From a virus (Duplodnaviria > Heunggongvirae > Uroviricota > Caudoviricetes), in IMG/VR virus record IMGVR_UViG_3300042569_002502: a DNA stretch of 48,552 bases; one strand, 5' to 3'. The position numbers and the translations under genes are program-made. The notes under the pieces are model-generated. The model ran no database searches and was not told where the DNA came from. It was given only the letters and a program-made list of their open reading frames with translations. Positions 6,937 through 16,574 of this stretch are shown here, piece after piece (the first letter of the stretch is position 1; each line of letters starts with the position of its first letter).

Positions 6937-7212
6937 ATGAATAAAAGAGAAAGACATAAATTATATAAACAATTATTAAAAATAGTTTGTGCAGACCCAG
7001 AGGTAAGACAAGGAATATGTTATTATTTAGCAAACTGCACTACTCTTGGAATAACGTTATGCTATCGTATGGAGGAATTATTACCAGAATTATATGAAAA
7101 AGCTCCTAAAAAATGGAAAAAAAACTTTTTTTCATACTGGTTTCCTACAACATATGAAGGATGGGAAAAAAGAATAGCTATTATTGAACAATGTATTGAA
7201 GAAACAAAATAA
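6937..7212 (+). CDS. Hypothetical protein, paralog of 7419..7754
   Basis: Shared pattern RH..YK.LL / G.C.Y / LPELY.KAP..WK / RI..I..C..ET. Confidence 0.75.
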   Translation: MNKRERHKLYKQLLKIVCADPEVRQGICYYLANCTTLGITLCYRMEELLPELYEKAPKKWKKNFFSYWFPTTYEGWEKRIAIIEQCIEETK

Positions 7213-7214
7213 TT

Positions 7215-7415
7215 ATGAAATATAGAATTTATTTACCAAAAGACAGAGCTTTTTATATTATAGAACATCTTGATGCCTCTTTGTTTAAAATCCTTGAAAA
7301 AGAAGGAGAACATAGTTTTTATAAAATGGAATTTGAAATAAAAGATTCTGTAGATTTGTCTTCTTTATTATCAACTATATTTCATTGTGGATTTGAACAA
7401 GCATTAAATATTTGA
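7215..7415 (+). CDS. Hypothetical protein
   Basis: ORF track; tight operon spacing. Confidence 0.65.
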   Translation: MKYRIYLPKDRAFYIIEHLDASLFKILEKEGEHSFYKMEFEIKDSVDLSSLLSTIFHCGFEQALNI

Positions 7416-7418
7416 AAT

Positions 7419-7754
7419 ATGGCAAAGTTAACAAAAAAAGATAGACACGAATTTTACAAAAAACTGTTAGATTTTACAGTGGAAGATCCAAATCTTGATA
7501 ATGGAATGTGTTTTTATATACATCGTATAATAATTGACAATTATAAATCAAATACTAAAATTAGAAAATTATATAGAGAATGGAATCACTCTACTACTTA
7601 TTTTTTAATAGAATGTTTACCAGAATTGTACCATAAAGCTCCTATATTATGGAAAAATTTTCCAAAAGGAAGATATTGGTACTCATTACATAGTAAAAAA
7701 TATTGGAATATGAGAATAAAACACATTTTTGACTGCGTAAATGAAACAGCATGA
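7419..7754 (+). CDS. Hypothetical protein, paralog of 6937..7212
   Basis: Shares the motifs listed for 6937..7212. Confidence 0.75.
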   Translation: MAKLTKKDRHEFYKKLLDFTVEDPNLDNGMCFYIHRIIIDNYKSNTKIRKLYREWNHSTTYFLIECLPELYHKAPILWKNFPKGRYWYSLHSKKYWNMRIKHIFDCVNETA

Positions 7755-8431
7755 GTATATCAGTTAAATACCCCATAATTGGGGCTAAAGTGGTAAGAGG
7801 AAAAGATTGGTGTTATGATGAACAAGATGGAGGAGAAGGAAAAACAGGTGTTATAGTAGATAAATTAAAATATGATTGGGTAAGAGTATTATGGGAAAAT
7901 GGTAATAAAGATGATTATCGTATAGGAAATGAAGGTAAATACGACCTCTATTTTGCCACAGAAAAAGATGCACTCCTTCAAGAAGCTATGGAAAGATTTC
8001 CAAGTGGATGTTCTTATGAAGATACAATGGGAAGTCATCATAAAAACATTAAATATAATTATCCATATTGGTGGTCTGAATCAAGGATAGCTTTAAAAGA
8101 AGGTAAGGGATTGGTTTATGATAATGGTAAGTGGGCTGTACGTACTGATGTTCCTGTAAAAGAAGAATACGCAAAAATTATTAAACATAAAACAATAAAT
8201 ACAGATCAAAATGGCGAAAAATCAAAAAGTAATCCCAGCAGCAATGGGTCCACAAACACAACAAATGTTGAATGCAGTACCAAACGAGAAAATGGAATTA
8301 AAGTACAAAGACTTAATTTCAAAATCCCAACAACAGTTAGAAGCGGAGGAGCTGGACTTAAAAGTTCAAATTGCAAAGTCAGATTTGGAAGTAACAATAG
8401 CTACCACCAAAAAAGACTTAGCATCAGCTAG
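7751..8431 (+). CDS. Protein with an N-terminal MIB/HERC2-like domain; its C-terminal part overlaps the next gene
   Basis: GAKVVRGKDW.Y..QDGGEG..G…V.V.W.NG….YR.G.EG.YDL matches the Mib_Herc2 consensus. Confidence 0.75.
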   Translation: MSISVKYPIIGAKVVRGKDWCYDEQDGGEGKTGVIVDKLKYDWVRVLWENGNKDDYRIGNEGKYDLYFATEKDALLQEAMERFPSGCSYEDTMGSHHKNIKYNYPYWWSESRIALKEGKGLVYDNGKWAVRTDVPVKEEYAKIIKHKTINTDQNGEKSKSNPSSNGSTNTTNVECSTKRENGIKVQRLNFKIPTTVRSGGAGLKSSNCKVRFGSNNSYHQKRLSIS

Positions 8432-8561
8432 ACGTGAATTAATTGCTGCTCAATCAGCTGTTCCTTACAATGTACAATATGAGTTAGATGCTTATCAACA
8501 AGTGCAAGGATTGGAATCAGCATTAGATTTTGCTGAAAGAATTTTATTACAGAGATTTTAA
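8211..8561 (+). CDS. Coiled-coil hypothetical protein
   Basis: ORF track; heptad-like Ala/Leu/Glu pattern; similar in character to 9842..10189; followed by a terminator. Confidence 0.75.
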   Translation: MAKNQKVIPAAMGPQTQQMLNAVPNEKMELKYKDLISKSQQQLEAEELDLKVQIAKSDLEVTIATTKKDLASARRELIAAQSAVPYNVQYELDAYQQVQGLESALDFAERILLQRF

Positions 8562-8566
8562 ATTAC

Positions 8567-8598
8567 AAAAAGAGGGAATGTAACTATTCCCTCTTTTT
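8567..8598 (+). terminator. Intrinsic terminator, possibly bidirectional
   Basis: AAAAAGAGGGAAT-GTAACT-ATTCCCTCTTTTT. Confidence 0.8.
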
Positions 8599-8610
8599 AA
8601 TTTATTATGT

Positions 8611-9831
8611 ATGAAAAATGTAAAAGTAGGGGATAAAGTTAGAGTGCTGAAACATTCTGGACATAAAAAAGAAGATTTTAAAGATAATTCCATAGAAGAA
8701 GGAGAAATATGTATTGTTTTTTATATAGATAGCTACACGGAGCCTCTTGCTTATGTAAATAGAACAGGAGCAAATAATAAAATAGAACCATATGAAGTAT
8801 TATATGGGTATGAATATGAACTTTTTATTGATATTCCTGCATGCACCTACTATAAAATGCCTTCTATTAAACATGTGATACATACAGAAAAATGGTTAGT
8901 CTCAGTTGGTTATGAAATGGCTCAACCTATGGGAAGAGATCCGAATTATTTATTTATACATGGGAGTACGAAAAAGTTCCATTACAATAATTCTGAAAGT
9001 TATAATGATGATGATTATAAAAAATTTGAAGAATTATATAAGTATGGAATGCCTATATTTATTGAACAGTCGGTTCCTGAAGAAAATCCATTAATAACAG
9101 AAGCTAAGAAAAGATACCCTGTAGGAACAAGTTTTCATCCAGCTCATGTAGCTAATTCAAGTTTTTATTGTACTATTACAGAAAATTCCGTCTTTAAAAT
9201 AATAAGTAGTGATGAAATAACTGCTAGTATAAATCAACAAAGTTGGGTAGATCCTGATTTATCAGAAAATAAAATATACGGAAACTGTCAGCTTAATAGG
9301 ACTGTTTATTATAATGGAAAATGGGCAGATATAGCAAATGTTCCACGTGAAACAGAGAAGAAAAAAGAAAAAGTAGAAATATTCCCTGGAATATACATAG
9401 GAGATATTGTAGTTTCTTTGGCTAAAAATGGAAACAATAAGAATATAGGAGATATGTTTGAGGTTTTGCCTAGTAGTTTTAACAATTCTTTATATTATAA
9501 AGAAGATGTAAATTCTTCTGATAGAAGTAATTGGAGAAAAGCTACACATGAAGAAATAAGTGCATATCATTTAGGAGCACGTAATATTGATAAATTAATC
9601 AATGTTAAAATTGACGAAGATGGATTTATGTATACTTCAGACAAAGATTTTATTTATACAATACCTCCATCTCCTTGTCCTGAAATAGAACTTCCTAAAG
9701 AAAAACATAAAGAAATTGAAGCAATATCTGTATTTTTACCTAAAAAACAACAAGGTATGAATATGGATGTATTTACACAACAAAGTCCGGTGGTACTAAG
9801 TAAACCAAAACCACAATTAATAACAATTTAA
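8611..9831 (+). CDS. Modular hypothetical protein built of short repeated modules, possibly SH3-like
   Basis: Modules such as VGDKVRV, LITEAKKRYPVG and WRKATHEEI. Confidence 0.7.
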   Translation: MKNVKVGDKVRVLKHSGHKKEDFKDNSIEEGEICIVFYIDSYTEPLAYVNRTGANNKIEPYEVLYGYEYELFIDIPACTYYKMPSIKHVIHTEKWLVSVGYEMAQPMGRDPNYLFIHGSTKKFHYNNSESYNDDDYKKFEELYKYGMPIFIEQSVPEENPLITEAKKRYPVGTSFHPAHVANSSFYCTITENSVFKIISSDEITASINQQSWVDPDLSENKIYGNCQLNRTVYYNGKWADIANVPRETEKKKEKVEIFPGIYIGDIVVSLAKNGNNKNIGDMFEVLPSSFNNSLYYKEDVNSSDRSNWRKATHEEISAYHLGARNIDKLINVKIDEDGFMYTSDKDFIYTIPPSPCPEIELPKEKHKEIEAISVFLPKKQQGMNMDVFTQQSPVVLSKPKPQLITI

Positions 9832-9841
9832 ATCAAAAACC

Positions 9842-10189
9842 ATGTCAAACGAAATCAAAAAAGGTCAGTTGTTCATCAATCAAGTAATTGCACGTCTTAA
9901 AGGAGATAATGCAGAAGTGTTAGCTAATAAAATAGCTCGTAAAGGACTTTCAGCAGTTGAGGGTCAGTTAGCAAGTCTTAACTCTAAAAGAGTGGATCTT
10001 GAGTCAGCAGTAGAAGATGCAGAAGAAGCATTAATTGCTGCAAAGTTTCCAACAGAGTTAATCACTTCTAACGAGAACTACATTCAGAACATTTTAAATG
10101 CTCAGAATAAATTAAACAATGCTAAAGCTGATTTACAAGCAACAGAAGAAGCAATTGTATATTTTACAGATCTTTTGAATAGTTATTAA
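9842..10189 (+). CDS. Coiled-coil hypothetical protein
   Basis: ORF track; Ala/Leu/Glu-rich helical pattern. Confidence 0.75.
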   Translation: MSNEIKKGQLFINQVIARLKGDNAEVLANKIARKGLSAVEGQLASLNSKRVDLESAVEDAEEALIAAKFPTELITSNENYIQNILNAQNKLNNAKADLQATEEAIVYFTDLLNSY

Positions 10190-10197
10190 TTACATTA

Positions 10198-10229
10198 AAA
10201 ATGTACAGGTGTAAAAGCCTGTACATTTT
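10198..10229. terminator. Hairpin or terminator before thyX
   Basis: AAAATGTACAGG-TGTAAAAG-CCTGTACATTTT. Confidence 0.6.
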
Positions 10230-10244
10230 ATTAAAATTTTTAAT

Positions 10245-10937
10245 ATGAGTAATAATAAAGTAGAATTAATTTCGTGGCATAATGGAGACCGTGGAATTGC
10301 AAGAGCAGCGTGGACTTCTACTAACATAGATGTAGATAGTAAAACAGATCTTCAAATAGAAGACCTTATAGTGAATAAACTATGGAATAATGGTACAGGA
10401 AAACCACACAAAACTCCTTTTGAAAGAGGAATAGTGGAGTTTAATATTACCTGCGAACAGGCTTCACATATACATATGATTAAGCATCGTTTAGCAAATA
10501 TTAACGGAGAAAGCGCAAGATATAAAGAGTTGAAAGAAGATAAGTTTTATCTTCCTGAAGATTGGTGGGAAATAAGAGTGACACCTGATGTAAAAGATGA
10601 TTTAGAATATCCTCAAGAGGAATATATGGATTGGTTTCACGCTTTAGAATTATACACTGAATTAGGAAACAAATTATATCATAAAGCTTTAGCTCAATTA
10701 ACCCCAATATTAGGACGCAAAAGAGCAAAAGAATCAGCAAGGTTTTTTAAAACCATGAATAGTCAACTTACATTATCTGTAATGATGAATATGAGTTGTT
10801 TTCAAAACTTTGTCACACTTAGAGCAGACGATGCAGCTCAGAAAGAAATTCATGAAATAGCAGATATGATGGTGGAAGCTGTAGAAAATATAGAAGGCAA
10901 CCCATTTAAACACACATTAAAAGCATTTGGTATATGA
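10245..10937 (+). CDS. thyX: Flavin-dependent thymidylate synthase
   Basis: H.TPFE motif; KHR…ESARY variant of the ThyX RHR…SxRY motif; ESAR; LRA…AQKEI. Confidence 0.9.
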   Translation: MSNNKVELISWHNGDRGIARAAWTSTNIDVDSKTDLQIEDLIVNKLWNNGTGKPHKTPFERGIVEFNITCEQASHIHMIKHRLANINGESARYKELKEDKFYLPEDWWEIRVTPDVKDDLEYPQEEYMDWFHALELYTELGNKLYHKALAQLTPILGRKRAKESARFFKTMNSQLTLSVMMNMSCFQNFVTLRADDAAQKEIHEIADMMVEAVENIEGNPFKHTLKAFGI

Positions 10938-11015
10938 AAAGTGTTATATTAATTTGTATTTATTTTGTATTATTGTTTGTTTGTTATAAAAGTGCTCAAT
11001 ATAAAAAAGACGATT

Positions 11016-11204
11016 ATGAATAACTCAATACATGATTATGTATTTCATTTTAATGAATATACAAAACTTTGGTATGCAATACCTAGAAATGTTTACAAAG
11101 AATACTGGGACAATCAAGACACTAAAGGTGTATTAAAATCAAAAGAAATATCTGTTTTGATTGAATTAATTAACAAAGGCACTCAATTTATAGAAAAATT
11201 ATGA
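11016..11204 (+). CDS. Hypothetical protein (start likely ATG 11016)
   Basis: ORF track 10965..11204. Confidence 0.65.
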   Translation: MNNSIHDYVFHFNEYTKLWYAIPRNVYKEYWDNQDTKGVLKSKEISVLIELINKGTQFIEKL

Positions 11205-11476
11205 AATTATTTAGAATTAAAGCAAGACTAAATCAAGAATCTATAGGAAGAACATTTTCAAAAAAAAATGAATATCATGTAGGAGTGGTATCAATGAACA
11301 AATGCCCTATAGTGGTTAAAGGAGATCCTACATTAATCTCTGAAACAATCTTTCATACAGAAGATGAGATTAATAGAGCTGTAGAGCTTATTGAAAGAGA
11401 GAATTTCTTTGATGTAGAAGTCATCCTTGTTAATAAAAAGAAAAGAAAGGATTATGAAAAAATCAATAGAAAATGA
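11201..11476 (+). CDS. Hypothetical protein
   Basis: ORF track; ATGA overlaps on both sides. Confidence 0.65.
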   Translation: MKLFRIKARLNQESIGRTFSKKNEYHVGVVSMNKCPIVVKGDPTLISETIFHTEDEINRAVELIERENFFDVEVILVNKKKRKDYEKINRK

Positions 11477-13467
11477 ATTATATTGTAACAAAAAACAGAC
11501 AATATTTTGAAAAAATTGGAGATTACCAATATTGTGATATTTCTGAAATGATATTTCCTGATGTAGTGTCTATAGATACAGAAACATCTGGATTGTTTCC
11601 AAGGAATTCTGATGTGTTTTGTGTTCAAATTGGAACAGGAACAAATAATTATCTTATACATATGTATGATGATAATTATGAATTTAAAGATGTTGTTCCA
11701 TATATAAAAGACAAAACATTAATTTTTCATAATGCATTATTTGATCTTGGTTTTTGTTACAAACATAATTTTTACCCCGAAAAGGTTAAAGACACTATGT
11801 TAGCCACAAAAATCTTATATAATGGAGATATTTTTAACTTAAAAGCAGATTTTAAATCTGTTATGGAAAGAGAATTAAACATTACATATGATAAAACAGA
11901 TCAAAAAAACATACATATTGTAAAACTTAGCCAACCCAGTACAATTCTTTACTCTTTTAATGATGTAGACAGACTTATAGAATTACATGATGCATTAGAA
12001 AAAAAAATAATATCAGGAGGATATACAGAAACATACAACTTACATTGTGAATATATTAAAGCACTAGCTTATATGGAACAATGCGGGCTACCAATTAGTT
12101 CTGAATCATGGAAAAACAAAATGTTAGAAGATCAAACAAATGCTTTTAAATGGAAAACATTAATTGAAGAATATATTTATGATAATATTCCTGAATATAG
12201 ACAATCTCAATTAGATCTATTTAGTCAAGATAAAAAAATAAGTGTTCTTCTTACATCTCCTTTACAAATGGTAAAAGTGTTTAAAAAATTAGGAATAAAT
12301 ACTAAAGATAAAGAAGGTAAAGATTCTATTAATGAAAGTATAATATCAAAGAGTAAACATGAGTTTGTTGATATGTGGCTTAAATATCAAGAAGCAAACC
12401 ATAGAGTGACAACATTTGGCGACACTATTTTTAAACAAATAGAAAATGAACGTATTTATACTAATTTTAATCCTATGGTGGATACAGCTAGACTTTCAAC
12501 CAGAAAAGGGCATATTAACTTTTTAAACTTTCCTTCTGATAAAGCTACAAGAAAATCTTTTAAAGCTAATGAGGGAAATGTTATGGTGGTATGTGACTGG
12601 AGTGGTCAGGAAACTGTAATAGCTGCTGATCTTTCTCAAGATGAAGCTATGACTAAATCTGTTGTAGAAGGAGCTGATCTTCATTGTTTGTTAGCAAGAG
12701 TGTTATTTCCAGAAATAGCTGATCTTACAGATGAAGAAATTATTAAACAACACAAAGATAAAAGACAAGCTTCTAAGAGCCCAAGATTTGCAATGTCCTA
12801 TGGAGGAAATGCTTATACAATTCACATGAATGAAAGTATTCCATTAAAAAGAGCTCAAGAAATTGAAGATGGATTTAAAAAATTACATGAAGGACTGTAT
12901 ACATGGGGTGAACAAGTTTTTCAACAATCTATAGCCACTGGATATATTGAATCAGCGGATGGATGGAAATTAAAGCTTCCTAAATATGAAAATTTTTTGG
13001 AATTAAAAGACAAAGTGGAGTCTATTAAAAAAGAGGAGTGGCAATTGTATAAACAAGGCAAAATTGATTATAAAAAACAAAAAGAAGACAAAACACACAT
13101 TATAAAAGATCTTAATGCTTTTAAATTTTATAAATCAAAGAAAAAAGATGTTTCAGACTTTTTTAAACTAAAATCTGAATACCAGCGTTTGTGTTTAAAC
13201 AATCCTGTTCAGTCTAGAGGAGCTCATCAGCTAAAAAGAGCTACAGTGATGTTATTTAATTGGATAAAAGAAAATAATTATTTAAATGTAGTGAAGATAG
13301 TTAATACAGTGCATGATGAATGTGTTTTAGAATGTCCAACAGACATTGCAGAAATTGTAAAAATACAATTAGAAAAATGCATGGTGGAAGGAGGTAATTA
13401 TTACTTATCTAATTTACAAATTAAAGCTGATGCTCAAATTGGAATATCTTGGGGAGATGCAAAATAA
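11473..13467 (+). CDS. polA: Family A DNA polymerase with a 3'-5' exonuclease domain
   Basis: ExoI DTET, ExoII HNALFD, ExoIII YSFND; motif A DWSGQE, motif B RQASK…FAMSYG, motif C VHDE. Confidence 0.95.
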   Translation: MNYIVTKNRQYFEKIGDYQYCDISEMIFPDVVSIDTETSGLFPRNSDVFCVQIGTGTNNYLIHMYDDNYEFKDVVPYIKDKTLIFHNALFDLGFCYKHNFYPEKVKDTMLATKILYNGDIFNLKADFKSVMERELNITYDKTDQKNIHIVKLSQPSTILYSFNDVDRLIELHDALEKKIISGGYTETYNLHCEYIKALAYMEQCGLPISSESWKNKMLEDQTNAFKWKTLIEEYIYDNIPEYRQSQLDLFSQDKKISVLLTSPLQMVKVFKKLGINTKDKEGKDSINESIISKSKHEFVDMWLKYQEANHRVTTFGDTIFKQIENERIYTNFNPMVDTARLSTRKGHINFLNFPSDKATRKSFKANEGNVMVVCDWSGQETVIAADLSQDEAMTKSVVEGADLHCLLARVLFPEIADLTDEEIIKQHKDKRQASKSPRFAMSYGGNAYTIHMNESIPLKRAQEIEDGFKKLHEGLYTWGEQVFQQSIATGYIESADGWKLKLPKYENFLELKDKVESIKKEEWQLYKQGKIDYKKQKEDKTHIIKDLNAFKFYKSKKKDVSDFFKLKSEYQRLCLNNPVQSRGAHQLKRATVMLFNWIKENNYLNVVKIVNTVHDECVLECPTDIAEIVKIQLEKCMVEGGNYYLSNLQIKADAQIGISWGDAK

Positions 13468-13473
13468 TACATT

Positions 13474-13725
13474 ATGGCTAAAATAAATCGTGAAAATATA
13501 AGTGAACATTTGCTTGATTATCAACTATCTATGATAGACAGAAGCATTTATGAAGCTCTCATCAACCCAAAATGGAGAGAGGAATGGTGTATAAACGAAG
13601 AACAATACAATCAGTTTAAAAGATATGCCATTCCTCTTTTAAAAAAAGTGTTTAGATGTAACAAATCTAAAGCAGAAAAAACATTAGAATGGTTTCACAG
13701 CCAATTTGGTTTAAAAATTAAATGA
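13474..13725 (+). CDS. Hypothetical protein
   Basis: ORF track. Confidence 0.7.
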   Translation: MAKINRENISEHLLDYQLSMIDRSIYEALINPKWREEWCINEEQYNQFKRYAIPLLKKVFRCNKSKAEKTLEWFHSQFGLKIK

Positions 13726-13895
13726 TTATGGAAGATAAAAAACACACACACTTTATTGAGGTATGGTCAGGATATAAAAATAAACCACATAATACCGAAT
13801 GCGTTGAAATAGAAAAGTTACCAATATATTTAAAAATCACAGAAGAATATATGTTTTGCAAAACCGTTGCTATTTGGAAAATTAAATTAAAATAA
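13722..13895 (+). CDS. 57-aa hypothetical protein, not in the ORF track
   Basis: Hand translation MIMEDKKHTHFIEVWSGYK…IWKIKLK; overlaps the previous stop codon. Confidence 0.55.
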   Translation: MIMEDKKHTHFIEVWSGYKNKPHNTECVEIEKLPIYLKITEEYMFCKTVAIWKIKLK

Positions 13896-13898
13896 ATT

Positions 13899-14000
13899 AT
13901 GAAAACAATAATAATAACAATAATAATAACAATAATAGTATGGGAAATAGTAAGAGGAATACTAAAAAAATTAATCCTAAAGTACATGAACGACATGTAA
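13899..14000 (+). CDS. 33-aa membrane peptide (MKTIIITIIITIIVWEIVRG…)
   Basis: Hand translation; the Ile-rich stretch is encoded by an ACAATAATAATA tandem repeat. Confidence 0.5.
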   Translation: MKTIIITIIITIIVWEIVRGILKKLILKYMNDM

Positions 14001-14095
14001 TGATAAAGTTTTTTTTATTAGTAATTATAGCTTATATAGGACTTTTTATTATGGCTATTATTCAAAAAATTAAAGAACTTTTTATAAAATCATAA
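14000..14095 (+). CDS. 31-aa membrane peptide (MIKFFLLVIIAYIGLFIMAIIQKIKELFIKS)
   Basis: Hand translation; TAATG coupling to the previous ORF. Confidence 0.5.
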   Translation: MIKFFLLVIIAYIGLFIMAIIQKIKELFIKS

Positions 14096-14121
14096 TTATG
14101 ACATTTGAAAAATTATAAACT

Positions 14122-14364
14122 ATGGCTATAGCTTTATTAAAATTTGATCTAAATGATCCTGAAGATGAAATACAGCATAAGAGAGCTATAAAATCTCTTG
14201 ATATGATGTTATGTTTCTGGGATATTAGTCAATATTTAAGACAAATAGTGAAATATGAAGACAATTCTAAAATATCAGGAGATGATATGGCTGATAAAAT
14301 AAAAGAAAAATTCCATGAAATTTTAGATGAACATGGTATTTCAATTGATGAATTGTTGGGCTAA
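14122..14364 (+). CDS. Hypothetical protein
   Basis: ORF track. Confidence 0.75.
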   Translation: MAIALLKFDLNDPEDEIQHKRAIKSLDMMLCFWDISQYLRQIVKYEDNSKISGDDMADKIKEKFHEILDEHGISIDELLG

Positions 14365-14375
14365 ATTTTTAAAAT

Positions 14376-14555
14376 ATGGTGGAATTAAAAGTGGATTTTG
14401 AAAGAGAATTTTTAAAAGATTATATATATTTGTTAGAGGAGAATATGATCCTGGACAAAGAAATTCAAAAAGAAATGCACAGCAGAAAACCTGCTAAAAT
14501 AATTGTAATAACAGAAAAAGTAGAAGAAAATGAACATAACCCCCTACCATTTTAA
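14376..14555 (+). CDS. 59-aa hypothetical protein, not in the ORF track
   Basis: Hand translation MVELKVDFEREFLKDYIYLLEENM…NEHNPLPF. Confidence 0.6.
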   Translation: MVELKVDFEREFLKDYIYLLEENMILDKEIQKEMHSRKPAKIIVITEKVEENEHNPLPF

Positions 14556-15153
14556 AGAAATAACTAATAAAGGATACAATTTAGATATTATATACACTTT
14601 AAAGCTTGTAGAAGAGGGAGTGGATGTCAAATCTTTTTGTGAAGAAGCTCCTAAATTAAAAATAGTTTATCAATCTATAATAAGAAAAGGATTAATATCA
14701 GAACAGGATTGTCTAACCACAGACGGGAAAAGTCTTCTCAAGTTTTTAGAAACACCAGCAAATGAAGTTGTTAAATTGATTAAACAAAAACCTAATTCTT
14801 CTGATTTTGATCTTTGGTGGAAAACCTATCCCTCTACAGACACTTTTGTTATTAAAGGAACAAACTTTTTAGGTAGCAGATCATTTAAAGTGAAAAAAGA
14901 TGAATGTAAACTTAAATTACAAAAAATCCTTGCAGAAGGAGAATATACAATTGAAGAGCTTGTAAAAGCTTTAGAATTAGATGTATTCCAGAAGAAGGAA
15001 AATTCCTTTAAAACAAAAACAAATAAACTTAGCTTTCTCCAAAACAGTCTTACATATTTAAATCAAAGAAGCTTTGAAGGATATATAGATCTTATTAGAC
15101 AAGGATTTTCTCCTAAAGAAGAACCAGAGATAGTAGGTAGTACAGACATATAA
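14530..15153 (+). CDS. Putative replication initiator or helicase-loader-like protein
   Basis: FDLWWKTYP…YLNQRSFE pattern; lies directly upstream of the DnaB-like helicase. Confidence 0.45.
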   Translation: MNITPYHFKEITNKGYNLDIIYTLKLVEEGVDVKSFCEEAPKLKIVYQSIIRKGLISEQDCLTTDGKSLLKFLETPANEVVKLIKQKPNSSDFDLWWKTYPSTDTFVIKGTNFLGSRSFKVKKDECKLKLQKILAEGEYTIEELVKALELDVFQKKENSFKTKTNKLSFLQNSLTYLNQRSFEGYIDLIRQGFSPKEEPEIVGSTDI

Positions 15154-15162
15154 ATATTTAAT

Positions 15163-16230
15163 ATGAATTTTCAGGAATTAAACAAACAAGTGGAGCTAGG
15201 ACTGTCAAATAAAAACAGTGGAATTCCTATGGGTTTTAACAGGCTTAATAAATATATTGGTATTAGAAAATCCATATATACATTAGTGGGAGGGCTTACG
15301 GGCTCAGGAAAAACATCTTTTATTGATGATGCATTTGTTTTAAATCCATTTGATTGGTTTATTTCTAAAGAAGGCCAAGCTTCAGGAATAAAACTAAAAA
15401 TATGGTATAGATCTATGGAGCGTAGCAGAGTGTATAAAATGGCTAAATGGGTGTCTAGGAAAATATTTCTTGATCATGGTATAATTATCACTGTTCCTAA
15501 ACTATTAGGCTGGACAGAGAAAATGAACCACGATGAACATGATCTATTTTTACAATATGAGGATTATGTGGAAAGAATGAATGATGTAATTACAATTATT
15601 GATGGTCCAGAGAATCCTGTAGGTATAGCTAAAGAATTAAAAGCTTTTGCTGAAAAGAATGGAGAAATAGTTCAAATAGATCAATATAATAAGAAATACA
15701 TTCCTAATGATGAAAGTCAGATAGTTATTCCTATTATAGATCATATTGGCCTACTTAAACTCACTAAAGATCAACCTACAAAGAAACAGGCTATTGATAA
15801 AATGTCAGATGAGCTGAGATATGCTAGAGATTTCTATGGATATAGTCCTGTTGTTGTTAGTCAGTTCAATAGAGATATTTCCAACCCAATAAGAATGAAA
15901 AATGGAGATGTAGAGCCCCAATTAGAAGATTTTGCAGAAAGCTCTTCCACACAAAATGATGCTGATGTTGTTTTAGCTTTATTTGACCCTATGAGATATA
16001 AAGTGCCAGATCCTTCTGGATATAGTCTTGAAAAGCTAAAAGATGAATTTGGTGCTAAATATTTTAGAAGTCTTAGACTAATAAAGAATTCTTATGGGTC
16101 AGATGATGTAAGAATTGGTCTTGCATTTTTGGGTGAAATAGGTGTATTTAAAGAACTTCCTAGAAGAAAAAACATAACAGATGCTGATTATCAAGCTGTT
16201 GTAAATAAATCTTATTTTTTAAACCAATAA
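15163..16230 (+). CDS. dnaB: DnaB-like (SF4) replicative helicase
   Basis: Walker A GLTGSGKT; Walker B IIDH; VVVSQFNR; SSSTQNDADVV; KNSYG. Confidence 0.9.
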   Translation: MNFQELNKQVELGLSNKNSGIPMGFNRLNKYIGIRKSIYTLVGGLTGSGKTSFIDDAFVLNPFDWFISKEGQASGIKLKIWYRSMERSRVYKMAKWVSRKIFLDHGIIITVPKLLGWTEKMNHDEHDLFLQYEDYVERMNDVITIIDGPENPVGIAKELKAFAEKNGEIVQIDQYNKKYIPNDESQIVIPIIDHIGLLKLTKDQPTKKQAIDKMSDELRYARDFYGYSPVVVSQFNRDISNPIRMKNGDVEPQLEDFAESSSTQNDADVVLALFDPMRYKVPDPSGYSLEKLKDEFGAKYFRSLRLIKNSYGSDDVRIGLAFLGEIGVFKELPRRKNITDADYQAVVNKSYFLNQ

Positions 16231-16238
16231 ATAATTAT

Positions 16239-16574
16239 ATGTCAGGAGGTAGATTTGATTACATACAAAATCGTTTGCCCGATGTGGCAGAAAGTATTGA
16301 AAATGTAATAGAAAGAAATGGAAAAAGAAAGACTAATGATGAATTAAAATTAGAATCTTGGCACTCATTAGATTGGTATGAAAAATACCCAGAGGACTTA
16401 CATCATTATAAATATCCAGATGAAGTGATAGAAGAATTTAAAAAAGGAGTGGAAATTATTAAAAGAGCTTATGTTTATATCCAAAGGATTGATTGGCTTT
16501 TATCTGATGATGATGGAGAAGAGTCTTTTTTAGAAAGATTAAATAAAGAATTAAAAAATTTAAAAAATCAATAA
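16239..16574 (+). CDS. Hypothetical protein (MSGGRFDY N-terminus)
   Basis: ORF track. Confidence 0.7.
   Translation: MSGGRFDYIQNRLPDVAESIENVIERNGKRKTNDELKLESWHSLDWYEKYPEDLHHYKYPDEVIEEFKKGVEIIKRAYVYIQRIDWLLSDDDGEESFLERLNKELKNLKNQ

Noticed and set aside
13905-13940. ACAATAATAATA tandem repeat as a contingency locus
   Set aside because: The unit is in-frame (12 nt) and simply encodes the Ile-rich helix of a small peptide; there is no sign of phase variation.
14425-14432. TATATTTG promoter box (also TACATTTG near 37320)
   Set aside because: Both lie inside small CDSs found by hand (14376-14555 and 37190-37366), and the -33 spacing at 14425 is off.
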